A DNA stretch of 32,000 nt from Escherichia coli. GTDB taxonomy: Bacteria; Pseudomonadota; Gammaproteobacteria; Enterobacterales; Enterobacteriaceae. The translations under genes and the position numbers were made by a program. This document shows positions 1-10,141 of the stretch, one piece after another. The DNA lies in assembly GCF_028201635.1 (NCBI RefSeq), contig NZ_CP116409.1, one strand, 5' to 3'. Within the stretch, counting starts at the first letter, position 1. Every line of letters starts with the position of its first letter. Under the pieces are notes generated by a model, which was not told where the DNA came from, searched no databases, and saw only the letters and a list, made by a program, of their open reading frames with translations.

Positions 1-355
1 CATTTTTTGCAGCTTCAATAGCCGCAATGATATTGTTCATGCCTTCTTTTTTACTCACGAAACCATTAGCGCCAGCATCAGCACAATGTTTCCCGTAAAA
101 ATGGTCATTTTTAGCGGAGACGATAATAATAATTCCGCTATATTGGCGCTTCCTCAGCGTTTCTAACACCTGGATACCGTTAACTCCGGGGATATCGACA
201 TCAATGATGACGATATCAGGCTTAAGTGTTTCCACCCGCTGAACGGCACTTCCGCCTTCAGTCAACTCTGCTAAGATTTCAATATCGTTTTTGATCAATA
301 AATTACGAATTGCTGCGATAGCAAGAGGATGGTCATCAATAATTATTGCGTTCAT
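1..355 (-). CDS. evgA: Response regulator EvgA, N-terminal part; C-terminus lies outside the window
   Basis: The reverse complement from 355 reads MNAIIIDDHPLAIAAIRNLLINNDIEILAELTEGG..., a response-regulator receiver domain, next to emrK as in E. coli. Confidence 0.93.
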   Translation of the reverse strand, partial: MNAIIIDDHPLAIAAIRNLLIKNDIEILAELTEGGSAVQRVETLKPDIVIIDVDIPGVNGIQVLETLRKRQYSGIIIIVSAKNDHFYGKHCADAGANGFVSKKEGMNNIIAAIEAAKN

Positions 356-770
356 AGATTATTCCCTTTGCAATGAAGCATCTCCCTTCTCCCTGTAGTA
401 ATACAGACATAAGGCGTCATCTCATTTTCTCAATAAAAATAAGAAAATCTGAGCTTCCTTTAAGATAATTCGACAAGTATACCATATAAATAGTCGGCAT
501 AAATGAAATGTCAACAATAAAATCAGGGATTGTACCGATGATTTATAGTTTCAAGTTGGCACTATAAGTCTTCTTACTAATCCTACAGGCGTAAGAATTG
601 TATTGCAAAAGCCACGGTTTAGTCCTCTGTTGTTTTTTTTGCACCTCATTTAAATTAGGCCTCCAACGTTCCTGGGATAATGTGCAACACATGCACTGTG
701 TTTGATATGAAGAATGAATGCTCTTTTCATTCAATTCATAAATTTCATCTATGAGAAATGAGAGATAATA

Positions 771-1934
771 GTGGAACAGATTAATTCAAATAAAAAACAT
801 TCTAACAGAAGAAAATACTTTTCTTTATTGGCGGTAGTTTTATTTATTGCGTTTTCAGGTGCCTATGCCTATTGGTCAATGGAATTAGAAGACATGATTA
901 GTACAGATGACGCCTATGTCACGGGGAATGCAGATCCAATTTCTGCACAAGTCTCAGGTAGTGTCACTGTCGTTAATCATAAAGATACGAACTACGTTCG
1001 ACAAGGTGACATTTTAGTTTCACTGGATAAAACTGATGCCACTATCGCACTCAATAAAGCTAAAAATAATCTGGCAAATATTGTTCGGCAAACGAATAAA
1101 CTATACTTACAGGATAAACAATACAGTGCCGAAGTCGCTTCAGCACGTATTCAGTATCAACAATCTTTAGAAGATTATAACCGTCGAGTGCCGTTAGCGA
1201 AGCAGGGGGTTATTTCAAAAGAAACGCTGGAGCATACCAAAGATACGTTAATAAGTAGCAAAGCGGCATTGAATGCCGCTATCCAGGCTTATAAAGCGAA
1301 TAAAGCTTTAGTAATGAACACACCATTAAACCGTCAGCCACAAGTCGTTGAAGCGGCGGATGCAACTAAAGAAGCCTGGTTGGCGCTTAAACGTACGGAT
1401 ATTAAGAGTCCGGTTACCGGCTATATTGCCCAGAGAAGTGTTCAGGTCGGCGAAACAGTGAGCCCCGGACAATCGTTAATGGCTGTCGTACCGGCACGTC
1501 AAATGTGGGTTAATGCCAACTTTAAAGAAACACAACTCACGGATGTACGGATTGGTCAATCGGTCAATATTATCAGCGATCTTTATGGTGAAAATGTTGT
1601 GTTTCATGGTCGGGTGACAGGGATCAATATGGGAACCGGCAATGCGTTCTCCTTATTACCTGCACAAAATGCGACAGGGAACTGGATCAAAATCGTTCAG
1701 CGTGTACCGGTTGAAGTTTCTCTTGATCCAAAAGAACTCATGGAACATCCCTTGCGTATTGGTTTATCGATGACAGCAACTATTGATACGAAGAACGAAG
1801 ACATTGCCGAGATGCCTGAGCTGGCTTCAACCGTGACCTCCATGCCGGCTTATACCAGTAAGGCTTTAGTTATCGATACCAGTCCGATAGAAAAAGAAAT
1901 TAGCAACATTATTTCGCATAATGGACAACTTTAA
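771..1934 (+). CDS. emrK: Multidrug efflux membrane fusion protein EmrK
   Basis: 387-aa ORF with a single N-terminal TM and HlyD-like motifs (VTGNADPISAQVSGSVTVV). Its stop overlaps the start of emrY. Confidence 0.95.
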   Translation: MEQINSNKKHSNRRKYFSLLAVVLFIAFSGAYAYWSMELEDMISTDDAYVTGNADPISAQVSGSVTVVNHKDTNYVRQGDILVSLDKTDATIALNKAKNNLANIVRQTNKLYLQDKQYSAEVASARIQYQQSLEDYNRRVPLAKQGVISKETLEHTKDTLISSKAALNAAIQAYKANKALVMNTPLNRQPQVVEAADATKEAWLALKRTDIKSPVTGYIAQRSVQVGETVSPGQSLMAVVPARQMWVNANFKETQLTDVRIGQSVNIISDLYGENVVFHGRVTGINMGTGNAFSLLPAQNATGNWIKIVQRVPVEVSLDPKELMEHPLRIGLSMTATIDTKNEDIAEMPELASTVTSMPAYTSKALVIDTSPIEKEISNIISHNGQL

Positions 1935-3472
1935 TGGCAATCACTAAATCAACTCCGGCACCATTAACCGGTGGGACGTTATGGTGCGTCACTATTGCAT
2001 TGTCATTAGCGACATTTATGCAAATGTTGGATTCCACTATTTCTAACGTCGCAATACCGACAATATCTGGCTTTCTGGGAGCATCAACAGACGAAGGCAC
2101 CTGGGTTATCACCTCGTTTGGTGTAGCAAATGCCATTGCGATCCCTGTTACTGGCAGGTTGGCACAAAGAATAGGCGAATTAAGATTATTTTTACTTTCA
2201 GTAACCTTTTTTTCGCTGTCTTCATTAATGTGTAGCCTATCGACCAATCTTGATGTGCTGATATTTTTTAGAGTCGTTCAGGGGTTAATGGCGGGGCCGT
2301 TAATTCCACTGTCACAGAGTTTATTATTAAGGAATTACCCACCAGAAAAAAGGACATTTGCTCTGGCATTATGGTCAATGACCGTGATTATCGCTCCGAT
2401 ATGTGGGCCGATATTGGGCGGCTATATTTGTGATAACTTTAGCTGGGGTTGGATATTTTTAATCAATGTCCCTATGGGGATTGTCGTCCTGACATTATGC
2501 TTAACCTTACTTAAAGGAAGAGAAACTGAGACTTCACCGGTCAAAATGAATCTACCAGGACTGACCCTGTTAGTGCTCGGTGTTGGTGGCTTGCAAATTA
2601 TGCTTGATAAAGGGCGCGATCTGGATTGGTTCAACTCGAGTACGATAATAATATTAACAGTAGTATCAGTTATTTCTCTGATCTCTTTAGTCATTTGGGA
2701 GTCGACCTCAGAGAACCCGATTCTTGATCTCAGTTTGTTTAAGTCCCGTAACTTCACCATTGGTATTGTGAGTATCACATGCGCGTATTTATTTTACTCT
2801 GGAGCGATCGTCCTTATGCCGCAGTTACTCCAGGAAACGATGGGGTATAATGCGATATGGGCCGGACTTGCCTATGCGCCCATCGGTATCATGCCGCTAT
2901 TAATATCACCTTTGATAGGACGTTATGGCAACAAAATTGATATGCGGTTGTTGGTGACATTTAGTTTTTTGATGTATGCGGTTTGCTATTACTGGCGTTC
3001 TGTGACATTTATGCCAACGATTGATTTTACAGGTATCATTATGCCGCAGTTTTTTCAGGGATTCGCCGTTGCCTGTTTCTTTTTACCCTTAACAACGATT
3101 TCGTTTTCAGGCTTGCCAGATAATAAATTTGCCAATGCCTCGAGTATGAGTAATTTTTTTCGTACCTTGTCAGGATCAGTTGGTACGTCGTTGACAATGA
3201 CGCTGTGGGGACGACGCGAATCGTTACACCATAGTCAGTTGACAGCAACCATCGATCAATTTAACCCCGTGTTTAATTCATCGTCACAAATTATGGATAA
3301 ATACTATGGTTCGCTTTCAGGAGTTCTTAATGAAATTAATAATGAAATAACCCAGCAGTCACTTTCTATTTCTGCAAATGAGATTTTCCGTATGGCGGCT
3401 ATTGCTTTTATCTTACTTACGGTTTTGGTTTGGTTTGCGAAACCGCCGTTTACAGCGAAAGGCGTTGGGTGA
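1934..3472 (+). CDS. emrY: MFS (DHA2) multidrug transporter EmrY
   Basis: 512-aa polytopic ORF with DHA2 motifs (LDSTISNVAIPTI, GPILGG); syntenic with emrK. Confidence 0.95.
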   Translation: MAITKSTPAPLTGGTLWCVTIALSLATFMQMLDSTISNVAIPTISGFLGASTDEGTWVITSFGVANAIAIPVTGRLAQRIGELRLFLLSVTFFSLSSLMCSLSTNLDVLIFFRVVQGLMAGPLIPLSQSLLLRNYPPEKRTFALALWSMTVIIAPICGPILGGYICDNFSWGWIFLINVPMGIVVLTLCLTLLKGRETETSPVKMNLPGLTLLVLGVGGLQIMLDKGRDLDWFNSSTIIILTVVSVISLISLVIWESTSENPILDLSLFKSRNFTIGIVSITCAYLFYSGAIVLMPQLLQETMGYNAIWAGLAYAPIGIMPLLISPLIGRYGNKIDMRLLVTFSFLMYAVCYYWRSVTFMPTIDFTGIIMPQFFQGFAVACFFLPLTTISFSGLPDNKFANASSMSNFFRTLSGSVGTSLTMTLWGRRESLHHSQLTATIDQFNPVFNSSSQIMDKYYGSLSGVLNEINNEITQQSLSISANEIFRMAAIAFILLTVLVWFAKPPFTAKGVG

Positions 3473-3579
3473 TGATAAAAGGAGGGGGTTATAGCGGGTA
3501 AGACCGGGGATCTTAAGTCTGCGCCATCGGCAGCATCGCTCACCCAGGGAAAGGATTGCGATGCTGCGTTGAAACGTTA

Positions 3580-4908
3580 TTAACGGCCTTTTGCCAGATA
3601 TTGATTCATCTCTTCTTCCGGCACCATTCCACCTCCCGTCGCCCACACCAGATGAGTGGCATTACGCAATTGTTCTGCGCTGAAACCGTGCATCTGTTGG
3701 TAACTTACTGATGCACACACGCGCTGAGGTCCGGCCATACCCGCCAGTGCTGAAGGTTCAAGACGAATACCTTCTTCCTGAGCCAGCCAGCCAAGCATGT
3801 CATACATGGTTTGATCGCTAAGGGTATAGAAGCCATCCAGCAGACGCTCCATTGCCCGCCCGACAAAGCCTGATGCGCGACCAACTGCAAGGCCATCCGC
3901 TGCGGTAAGGTTGTCGATACCAATATCCTGAACAGAAATCTGATCGTGTAATCCTGTATGGACGCCTAACAACATACAAGGGGAGTGCGTTGGTTCGGCA
4001 AAAAAGCAGTGAACATGATCGCCAAACGCCAGTTTAAGCCCGAATGCGACGCCACCAGGACCACCGCCAACACCACACGGCAGATAGACAAACAGAGGGT
4101 TATCAGCATCGACGATACGGCCTTGCTGGGCAAATTGCGCTTTAAGACGCTGGCCAGCGACGGAATACCCAAGGAACAACGTGCGGGAATTTTCGTCATC
4201 AATAAAGAAACAGTTCGGGTCAGACTGCGCTGCTTTACGTCCTTCCTCGACGGCAACACCATAATCTTGCTCATATTCCACGACCGTAACGCCATGGCTG
4301 CGCAGTTTCGCTTTTTTCCATGCCCGGGCATCAGCAGACATATGAACTGTCACCTTAAAGCCAATGCGGGCGCTCATAATGCCGATTGATAACCCCAGAT
4401 TTCCGGTTGAGCCCACAGCAATGCTGTATTGGCTAAAGAACTGTTTAAACTCCGGAGAAAGCAGTTTGCTGTAGTCATCATCAAGCGTCAGCAACCCCGC
4501 TTCCAGAGCCAGTTTTTCTGCGTGTGCCAGGACTTCATAAATCCCGCCGCGTGCTTTTATGGAGCCGGAAATGGGCAAATGGCTATCTTTTTTCAGTAAC
4601 AGTTGCCCGCTGATCGGTTGCTGATATTCTTTTTCCAGCCGTTTTTGCATAGCTGGAATGGCAACCAGTTCTGATTCAATAATCCCCCCAGTGGCAGCAG
4701 TTTCAGGAAATGCTTTTGCCAGATAGGGTGCAAAACGGGATAAGCGCGCATGGGCGTCCTGAACATCCTGTTCGGTCAGGCCAACATAAGGTAAACCTTC
4801 AGCCAATGAGGTCGTGCCAGGATTAAACCAGGTGGTTTCTTTAAGAGCAACCAGATCCTTTACCAACGGATACTGGGCGATGAGCGAGTTCATTTTAGCG
4901 TTTTCCAT
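3580..4908 (-). CDS. dsdA: D-serine ammonia-lyase
   Basis: 442-aa ORF with the PLP motif SGSIKARGG and a glycine-rich loop (CGVGGGPGG); dsdA-dsdX-dsdC gene order. Confidence 0.96.
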   Translation of the reverse strand: MENAKMNSLIAQYPLVKDLVALKETTWFNPGTTSLAEGLPYVGLTEQDVQDAHARLSRFAPYLAKAFPETAATGGIIESELVAIPAMQKRLEKEYQQPISGQLLLKKDSHLPISGSIKARGGIYEVLAHAEKLALEAGLLTLDDDYSKLLSPEFKQFFSQYSIAVGSTGNLGLSIGIMSARIGFKVTVHMSADARAWKKAKLRSHGVTVVEYEQDYGVAVEEGRKAAQSDPNCFFIDDENSRTLFLGYSVAGQRLKAQFAQQGRIVDADNPLFVYLPCGVGGGPGGVAFGLKLAFGDHVHCFFAEPTHSPCMLLGVHTGLHDQISVQDIGIDNLTAADGLAVGRASGFVGRAMERLLDGFYTLSDQTMYDMLGWLAQEEGIRLEPSALAGMAGPQRVCASVSYQQMHGFSAEQLRNATHLVWATGGGMVPEEEMNQYLAKGR

Positions 4909-4925
4909 AGTACGTCTCTTTGCGC

Positions 4926-6263
4926 TTAGATGATAAATGACAGCAGGAATGTGCCCGCCAGAGCGACGACTGAAGCGATAAATGTCGCTGTCGTATAGTA
5001 TTTAAATGTTTCATTGAGCGTAGCGCCGCAATATTGCTTCACTAGCCAGAAAAGCGAGTCCGTAACGATCGTGCAGCCAATTGCACCTGAACCGATAGCA
5101 ATCGCAATAATTTCCGGGCTGATGTCGGGATAAAGCGGCAGCATGGGTGCAACAATTGCCGTTGCCCCCATCATTGCCACGGTAGCGGAGCCCACTGCCG
5201 CATGCAGAATAAGAGCCACTAACCAGGCCAGAAGAATCGGGTGCATATGCATATTGGAGAGAATAACTGCCAGCGTATCAGCGAGACTGCTGCTTTTTAA
5301 AATGGCGTTGAATGCGCCTCCGGCCCCGATAATCAGCAAAATATTAGCAATAGAACCGAAGCCATTTTCCGTATGTGTGAGCATCGTCCCCATGCTCATA
5401 TGCTGGCGTATACCCAACACATAATAGGCGACAAACACGGCGATAAACATGGCAGTGATAGGGTTGCCAATAAACTCAACCAAGATATACAAACCACTCT
5501 CACGCGCCATATTCAATTCGGCAATCGTTTTAACCAACATCAGCGCAATGGGTAGCAGTATGGTGAATAACGTTGCGCCTAATGACGGTAGTGTTTTTTC
5601 ATCGCGAACTTTGAGATCTGCAAACTCTGTGGGTACAGGTTTAAAGGGCAGTCGTTGACCCAGAAATTTAAGGAAAAGTGGGCCACCGATCAGTGATGCC
5701 ATCAGCCCAACCAGCAAACCGTAGACGATCACCGAACCGATATCTGCGCCCAGCTTATTGGCAACATATAAAGCAGCCGGATGTGGAGGAACCACGCAGT
5801 GCACTGCCATCAATGCGGTACATAGCGGAATGGCAAGCTTTAATAATGAGGTATTGGTTTTTTTGGCAATTGAAAAAGCCAGAGGAATCAATAGCACGAC
5901 GCCCACTTCAACAAACAGCGTGATGCCACAAATCAGGCCAACCAGCACCATAATGACATCAACTGAAAGCCAGCGGCAGCGTTGAAGTGTCAGACCAATT
6001 CTTTCTGCGGCCCCGGATACTTCCATCATTTTTCCCAGTATCGTGCCAAGGCCGATAACCGCTGCGAGGAACCCCAGCGTTCCGCCAATTCCACTTTCAA
6101 TAGCATTTACCATATCCAGTGGCCCCATGCCCATCATCGTTCCCACGAAGAAGCTGGCCAGCAACAGCGCCAGAAACGGGTGGAATTTGAACTTCACGAT
6201 GGTCAGTACAATTAACACGATGCTGATAAGCAGCGTGCTCACAACCCAGATTTGAGAGTGCAT
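4926..6263 (-). CDS. dsdX: D-serine transporter DsdX (GntP family)
   Basis: 445-aa polytopic GntP-type permease directly upstream of dsdA on the same strand. Confidence 0.95.
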   Translation of the reverse strand: MHSQIWVVSTLLISIVLIVLTIVKFKFHPFLALLLASFFVGTMMGMGPLDMVNAIESGIGGTLGFLAAVIGLGTILGKMMEVSGAAERIGLTLQRCRWLSVDVIMVLVGLICGITLFVEVGVVLLIPLAFSIAKKTNTSLLKLAIPLCTALMAVHCVVPPHPAALYVANKLGADIGSVIVYGLLVGLMASLIGGPLFLKFLGQRLPFKPVPTEFADLKVRDEKTLPSLGATLFTILLPIALMLVKTIAELNMARESGLYILVEFIGNPITAMFIAVFVAYYVLGIRQHMSMGTMLTHTENGFGSIANILLIIGAGGAFNAILKSSSLADTLAVILSNMHMHPILLAWLVALILHAAVGSATVAMMGATAIVAPMLPLYPDISPEIIAIAIGSGAIGCTIVTDSLFWLVKQYCGATLNETFKYYTTATFIASVVALAGTFLLSFII

Positions 6264-6480
6264 ATCTCACCTTCCCCTGTGATTAACCTGATGATATTGG
6301 ACAAAAAAACAACGCAGGCTGACAAACGATAAAATTTGCCTTTCACATGAGGTAAATTGCATCAATGGAGTGATTTACATCTAAAAATGAAGGTGAATTG
6401 AGATATGGTTCACTTTAGCTCATCTCATAGCTGAAATTTTGCCGCTATTTTTTTACACTTAAGCGAAAAATGAGGTGATT

Positions 6481-7416
6481 ATGGAACCCCTTCGTGAAAT
6501 AAGAAATCGGCTGCTTAACGGCTGGCAATTATCAAAAATGCATACTTTTGAAGTGGCTGCCAGGCATCAGTCCTTCGCCCTGGCGGCAGAGGAATTGTCG
6601 CTGAGCCCCAGTGCGGTAAGTCACCGTATCAATCAGCTGGAAGAAGAATTGGGCATTCAGTTGTTTGTTCGTTCCCATCGCAAAGTGGAATTAACGCACG
6701 AGGGGAAACGTGTTTATTGGGCGCTAAAATCGTCGCTGGATACCCTGAACCAGGAAATTCTTGATATCAAAAATCAGGAGTTATCGGGAACGTTAACTCT
6801 GTATTCCCGGCCCTCTATCGCCCAATGCTGGTTGGTGCCCGCATTAGGTGACTTTACACGCCGGTATCCGTCTATTTCGCTCACCGTGCTCACTGGTAAT
6901 GACAACGTCAATCTGCAACGTGCCGGAATCGATTTGGCGATCTACTTTGATGATGCGCCGTCAGCGCAACTCACTCATCACTTTCTGATGGATGAAGAAA
7001 TCCTGCCAGTATGTAGCCCGGAATACGCTCAAAGACATGCTTTAACCAACACGGTAATTAACCTGTGTCACTGTACGTTGCTCCATGACAGACAGGCATG
7101 GAGCAACGACTCCGGTACGGATGAATGGCATAGTTGGGCGCAACATTATGCGGTTAATTTGCCGACATCTTCTGGAATTGGCTTTGATCGTTCTGATTTA
7201 GCTGTTATTGCCGCGATGAATCATATTGGGGTGGCGATGGGAAGAAAACGCCTGGTACAAAAAAGGCTTGCCAGTGGTGAGCTCGTCGCGCCGTTTGGCG
7301 ATATGACGGTGAAATGCCATCAGCATTATTACATCACCACATTACCGGGCAGGCAGTGGCCAAAAATTGAAGCGTTTATTACCTGGCTAAGAGAACAGGT
7401 AAAAACCACTTCATAA
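6481..7416 (+). CDS. dsdC: LysR-type activator DsdC
   Basis: ORF MEPLREIRNRLLNGWQLSKMHTFEVAARHQSFALAAEELSLSPSAVSHRI with a LysR HTH, divergent from dsdXA. The track gives an upstream start at 6475; the ATG at 6481 is preferred. Confidence 0.95.
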   Translation: MEPLREIRNRLLNGWQLSKMHTFEVAARHQSFALAAEELSLSPSAVSHRINQLEEELGIQLFVRSHRKVELTHEGKRVYWALKSSLDTLNQEILDIKNQELSGTLTLYSRPSIAQCWLVPALGDFTRRYPSISLTVLTGNDNVNLQRAGIDLAIYFDDAPSAQLTHHFLMDEEILPVCSPEYAQRHALTNTVINLCHCTLLHDRQAWSNDSGTDEWHSWAQHYAVNLPTSSGIGFDRSDLAVIAAMNHIGVAMGRKRLVQKRLASGELVAPFGDMTVKCHQHYYITTLPGRQWPKIEAFITWLREQVKTTS

Positions 7417-7511
7417 TGAATAAAACCACGAGTTCCTGGTGTGCCTTATTCGGCCTGCTAGTTCGAATTTAATTTACGGTTTTTATGTGGTTTTAGGGAT
7501 AAACACAAGGA

Positions 7512-7526
7512 TGGTGTCCCCTGCAG
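7512..7526 (-). other. Prophage attachment-site core, 3' end of tRNA-Arg argW (attR-like junction)
   Basis: The minus strand reads CTGCAGGGGACACCA, the 3' end and CCA of argW as recalled. It sits between dsdC and torI, the known KplE1 attR configuration. Confidence 0.75.
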
Positions 7527-7599
7527 ACATCTACTTGAGGCGGCAGGGGATTGATTGGAATGGTGTTTTTTAGATGTGAGAAATATTTTACCCGCTATT

Positions 7600-7800
7600 T
7601 TACCCATTGGCGCGGCTTAAGAGCTTATTTTTGAATTCACAATGGTCACGATATAACCATCTTGCTCGCCCGTGGATAACTTTGGCTTTTGGCAGGTCGC
7701 CGGACTTAATCCGGTCATAGATGAAGGTTTTACCGAAGCCAGTATCGGCCATGATGAATTTCAAATCAACCAGTGAATCAGGTTGTAGTTCGTGTTGCAT
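7600..7800 (-). CDS. torI: TorI-type excisionase / recombination directionality factor (AlpA-like HTH)
   Basis: 66-aa ORF MQHELQPDSLVDLKFIMADTGFGKTFIYDRIKSGDLPKAKVIHGRARWLYRDHCEFKNKLLSRANG matches the TorI sequence as recalled and is adjacent to the att core. Confidence 0.92.
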   Translation of the reverse strand: MQHELQPDSLVDLKFIMADTGFGKTFIYDRIKSGDLPKAKVIHGRARWLYRDHCEFKNKLLSRANG

Positions 7801-7857
7801 GAGTGCTATCTCCGAATAGGGAATCGAACCTGCAAATCAGGCAATAAAAAACCGCCA

Positions 7858-8025
7858 TCAGGCGGCTTGGTGTTCTTTCAGTTCTTCAATTCGAATATTG
7901 GTTACGTCTGCATGTGCTATCTGCGCCCACAGCATCCAGTGGTCATAGCAGTCGCTGATGTTCTCGGCTTCGATAACTCTGTTGAATGGTTCTCCATTCC
8001 ATTCACCTGTGACTCGGAAGTGCAT
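7858..8025 (-). CDS. Small phage protein of unknown function (55 aa), absent from the ORF track
   Basis: Manual translation gives MHFRVTGEWNGEPFNRVIEAENISDCYDHWMLWAQIAHADVTNIRIEELKEHQAA*, with GGAG upstream of the ATG and the same strand as the operon. Confidence 0.7.
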   Translation of the reverse strand: MHFRVTGEWNGEPFNRVIEAENISDCYDHWMLWAQIAHADVTNIRIEELKEHQAA

Positions 8026-8097
8026 TTATCATCTCCATAAAACAAAACTCGCCGTAGCGAGTTCAGATAAAAGAAATCCCCGCGAGTGCGAGGATTA

Positions 8098-8382
8098 TCA
8101 TTCATTGTCGATATTCACCTTTATAGCGAACACCTTTACCGGTTTATCGCCGAAGTGCGGATGTGTGATTGTCTTGATTTCATATCCACCATACGGAACA
8201 TCAATTCTGCGGCTGGAATCGTCGCGCTTCGGATATCCCTTCGTGATAATCAGGCGGTCATACTCGCGGAACATAATTCGCTTATTCCAGTAGTCATTAC
8301 ACAGGCGATACTCTTCCGTTTTCTCTCCGCGAATCATGGCATCGAAGTATTCACCTTTGACGGCAAGTTGCAGGTTAGCCAC
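8098..8382 (-). CDS. Phage protein resembling ASCH-domain proteins (94 aa)
   Basis: MANLQLAVKGEYFDAMIRGEKTEEYRLCNDYWNKRI...; the 'F.AI..G.K..EYR' pattern is ASCH-like. In register with the early-left operon. Confidence 0.65.
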   Translation of the reverse strand: MANLQLAVKGEYFDAMIRGEKTEEYRLCNDYWNKRIMFREYDRLIITKGYPKRDDSSRRIDVPYGGYEIKTITHPHFGDKPVKVFAIKVNIDNE

Positions 8383-8659
8383 GACCTTCCTCCTTTGGCT
8401 TGTGAATTTGTATCGTCATGCCACTTTGAGTGGTGACTACAATGACAGAACCAGGCTGAAGGCTGTTAAGATTGAATGCTTCGTAAAACGAATCCAAGGC
8501 CAGTGCTTTTTTATTCTTTCGGTTCCACCAACGCCATCCCTTGCTACAGGCTACACTGACAATCCACTGTCCACTCCTGTAAGCCATATAAAACCAGATG
8601 AGCAAAACCTGAAGGAAGGCTATCCAGTCAATAATCGTATATTTCGCGAAGGAGTCCAT
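8375..8659 (-). CDS. Hypothetical phage membrane-associated protein
   Basis: The track ORF 8375..8806 has an internal Met (MDSFAKYTIIDWIAFLQVLLIWF) whose ATG overlaps the stop of the upstream ORF as TGATG at 8657-8661. This internal start is preferred. Confidence 0.6.
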   Translation of the reverse strand: MDSFAKYTIIDWIAFLQVLLIWFYMAYRSGQWIVSVACSKGWRWWNRKNKKALALDSFYEAFNLNSLQPGSVIVVTTQSGMTIQIHKPKEEGRG

Positions 8660-9231
8660 CACTTCACCTCCTGCGGCGGTTCCGGTAGCGGCATCCAGTA
8701 CAAGGCGTTCCCTAACCACGATAAAGTGCCGTCGCTCAACTCCACGTATTCCCCTTGTACCTGTCCTGCCATATACTCGCCGTGCTTTGAATAAATTAAA
8801 ATCCAATCATCTTGAGCGGGCATTCGCTCACTACAGCTTATCCAACCATCCGGAGTTACCGGATAGTTGCCCGACAGCTCGTTCAACTTGTAAGTTTGGC
8901 TTACAGGTTCGGCTTCCAGTTCTGCAATGCGCTTCTCTGCGGCTTCCAGATCAACTCTCAGCTTCCCTACCGTTAGCGCAATATCCTCGTTCTCCTGGTC
9001 GCGGCGTTTGATGTATTGCTGGTTTCTTTCCCGTTCATCCAGTAGTGCCAGCACGGTTTCTGGTCCGGTCAGAAATTTGAAGGCGTTGAGCGCATCAATA
9101 TCCACACCGTAATCCTTAAGTTCCTGTTCACTTAACAAATCATCATCAACTGGCAACATTAACAGGCGTTCCATTGCCGGAATTGCACGTTCTGCCGCCA
9201 GTCGCAGAGCCTGATAGTTAATTTTGGTCAT
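8659..9231 (-). CDS. DUF551-containing phage protein
   Basis: C-terminus GWISCSERMPAQDDWILIY...LSWLGNALYWMPLPEPP is a typical DUF551 tail. Confidence 0.75.
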   Translation of the reverse strand: MTKINYQALRLAAERAIPAMERLLMLPVDDDLLSEQELKDYGVDIDALNAFKFLTGPETVLALLDERERNQQYIKRRDQENEDIALTVGKLRVDLEAAEKRIAELEAEPVSQTYKLNELSGNYPVTPDGWISCSERMPAQDDWILIYSKHGEYMAGQVQGEYVELSDGTLSWLGNALYWMPLPEPPQEVK

Positions 9232-9232
9232 A

Positions 9233-9532
9233 TCACATCCCCCTGAAGCCGTTGCATTTACGTAAAAAATCGCAGATATAGCCCTTCATTTTTTCGTGCC
9301 AATCTCGATCATTCCCATTGCACCAACCATCAGGTGGAGTCCAGTTTTCTATCAGAGCAGCCATTTTCTTTGCTTTCGCCGGAGTAGCTGTTGCGGTATC
9401 GCAGTAATGACGAGTGTCAACCAACGTATCCATACCATCGATATCAAGTACGCAAAACCATGTGTGATTCGGCATTTCAACAGATGGTATTTGTTGCCCA
9501 CGTCGACGTTTATCAATAAGACATACAGTCAC
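9233..9532 (-). CDS. Hypothetical phage protein (99 aa)
   Basis: Operon-consistent ORF with tight spacing to its neighbours. Confidence 0.6.
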   Translation of the reverse strand: MTVCLIDKRRRGQQIPSVEMPNHTWFCVLDIDGMDTLVDTRHYCDTATATPAKAKKMAALIENWTPPDGWCNGNDRDWHEKMKGYICDFLRKCNGFRGM

Positions 9533-10047
9533 TGGTTGCCTCCTTTGCGAAGCTGGGCAGCAAAGTCAACTAACCACTCAGTCATTTCAACCTTCCCTAC
9601 CAGGTCTGAACCAGGGTGCATACAGCAATCACTCTGCGCCGCTTTGAAATCCTTATACTCATATTCTTGGGCCACCAGATTTTTTGCAGCTTCTATAGCA
9701 GCATCCACCCCCTGCGCCCGCACTTCAGCCAGAAAAGCATCGGTGGCTGGGGTTTCAGTAACATCATCTTCCCATTCGCTAAACTCCTCACGACAAAAGT
9801 CATTAAATTCCTTCTCAGATTGCTTAAGTGAGGTATTTTCAGCAGCCATCTTCGCGCATTTAGCCTCAAGGTTATCAATCGTGATTCCAGCAGAACTACA
9901 CTCCCGCAACGCCGTTTCCAGTTTTGATTCAAGTTCGCCGAACTTACGGACAAGGTATTCAGCGTTTGTTTCGTTAACCTTTAAATCACTTGGGATGCAT
10001 TTACCTTTCAGAAAACCATCCATCTCAATTAGTGACATTTGTTTCAT
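9529..10047 (-). CDS. Ead/Ea22-like phage protein
   Basis: The track ORF starts at 10065; the internal ATG at 10047 gives MKQMSLIEMDGFLKG.... The coiled-coil plus C-terminal motif DAAIEAAKNLVAQEY resembles Ea22-family proteins. Confidence 0.55.
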   Translation of the reverse strand: MKQMSLIEMDGFLKGKCIPSDLKVNETNAEYLVRKFGELESKLETALRECSSAGITIDNLEAKCAKMAAENTSLKQSEKEFNDFCREEFSEWEDDVTETPATDAFLAEVRAQGVDAAIEAAKNLVAQEYEYKDFKAAQSDCCMHPGSDLVGKVEMTEWLVDFAAQLRKGGNQ

Positions 10048-10141
10048 TTCTTCCCACTCCGCCACATCGCATTCAGATATTTGTTGTCATTAACAGAACC
10101 GAAACTCTTTCTCTTAAGCAAGTCCTCTCATGGTAAATTCC

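Noticed and set aside
1909-2778. Antisense track ORFs 1909..2247 and 2422..2778
   Set aside because: They lie entirely inside emrY on the opposite strand and have no plausible protein features.
3705-6255. Numerous opposite- or alternate-frame ORFs inside dsdA and dsdX
   Set aside because: They shadow two well-recognised genes and have low-complexity or Arg/Ser-rich sequence typical of antisense frames.
7416-7600. Missing integrase considered as a deletion
   Set aside because: The KplE1-type layout places the integrase at the other prophage end, so absence here is expected.
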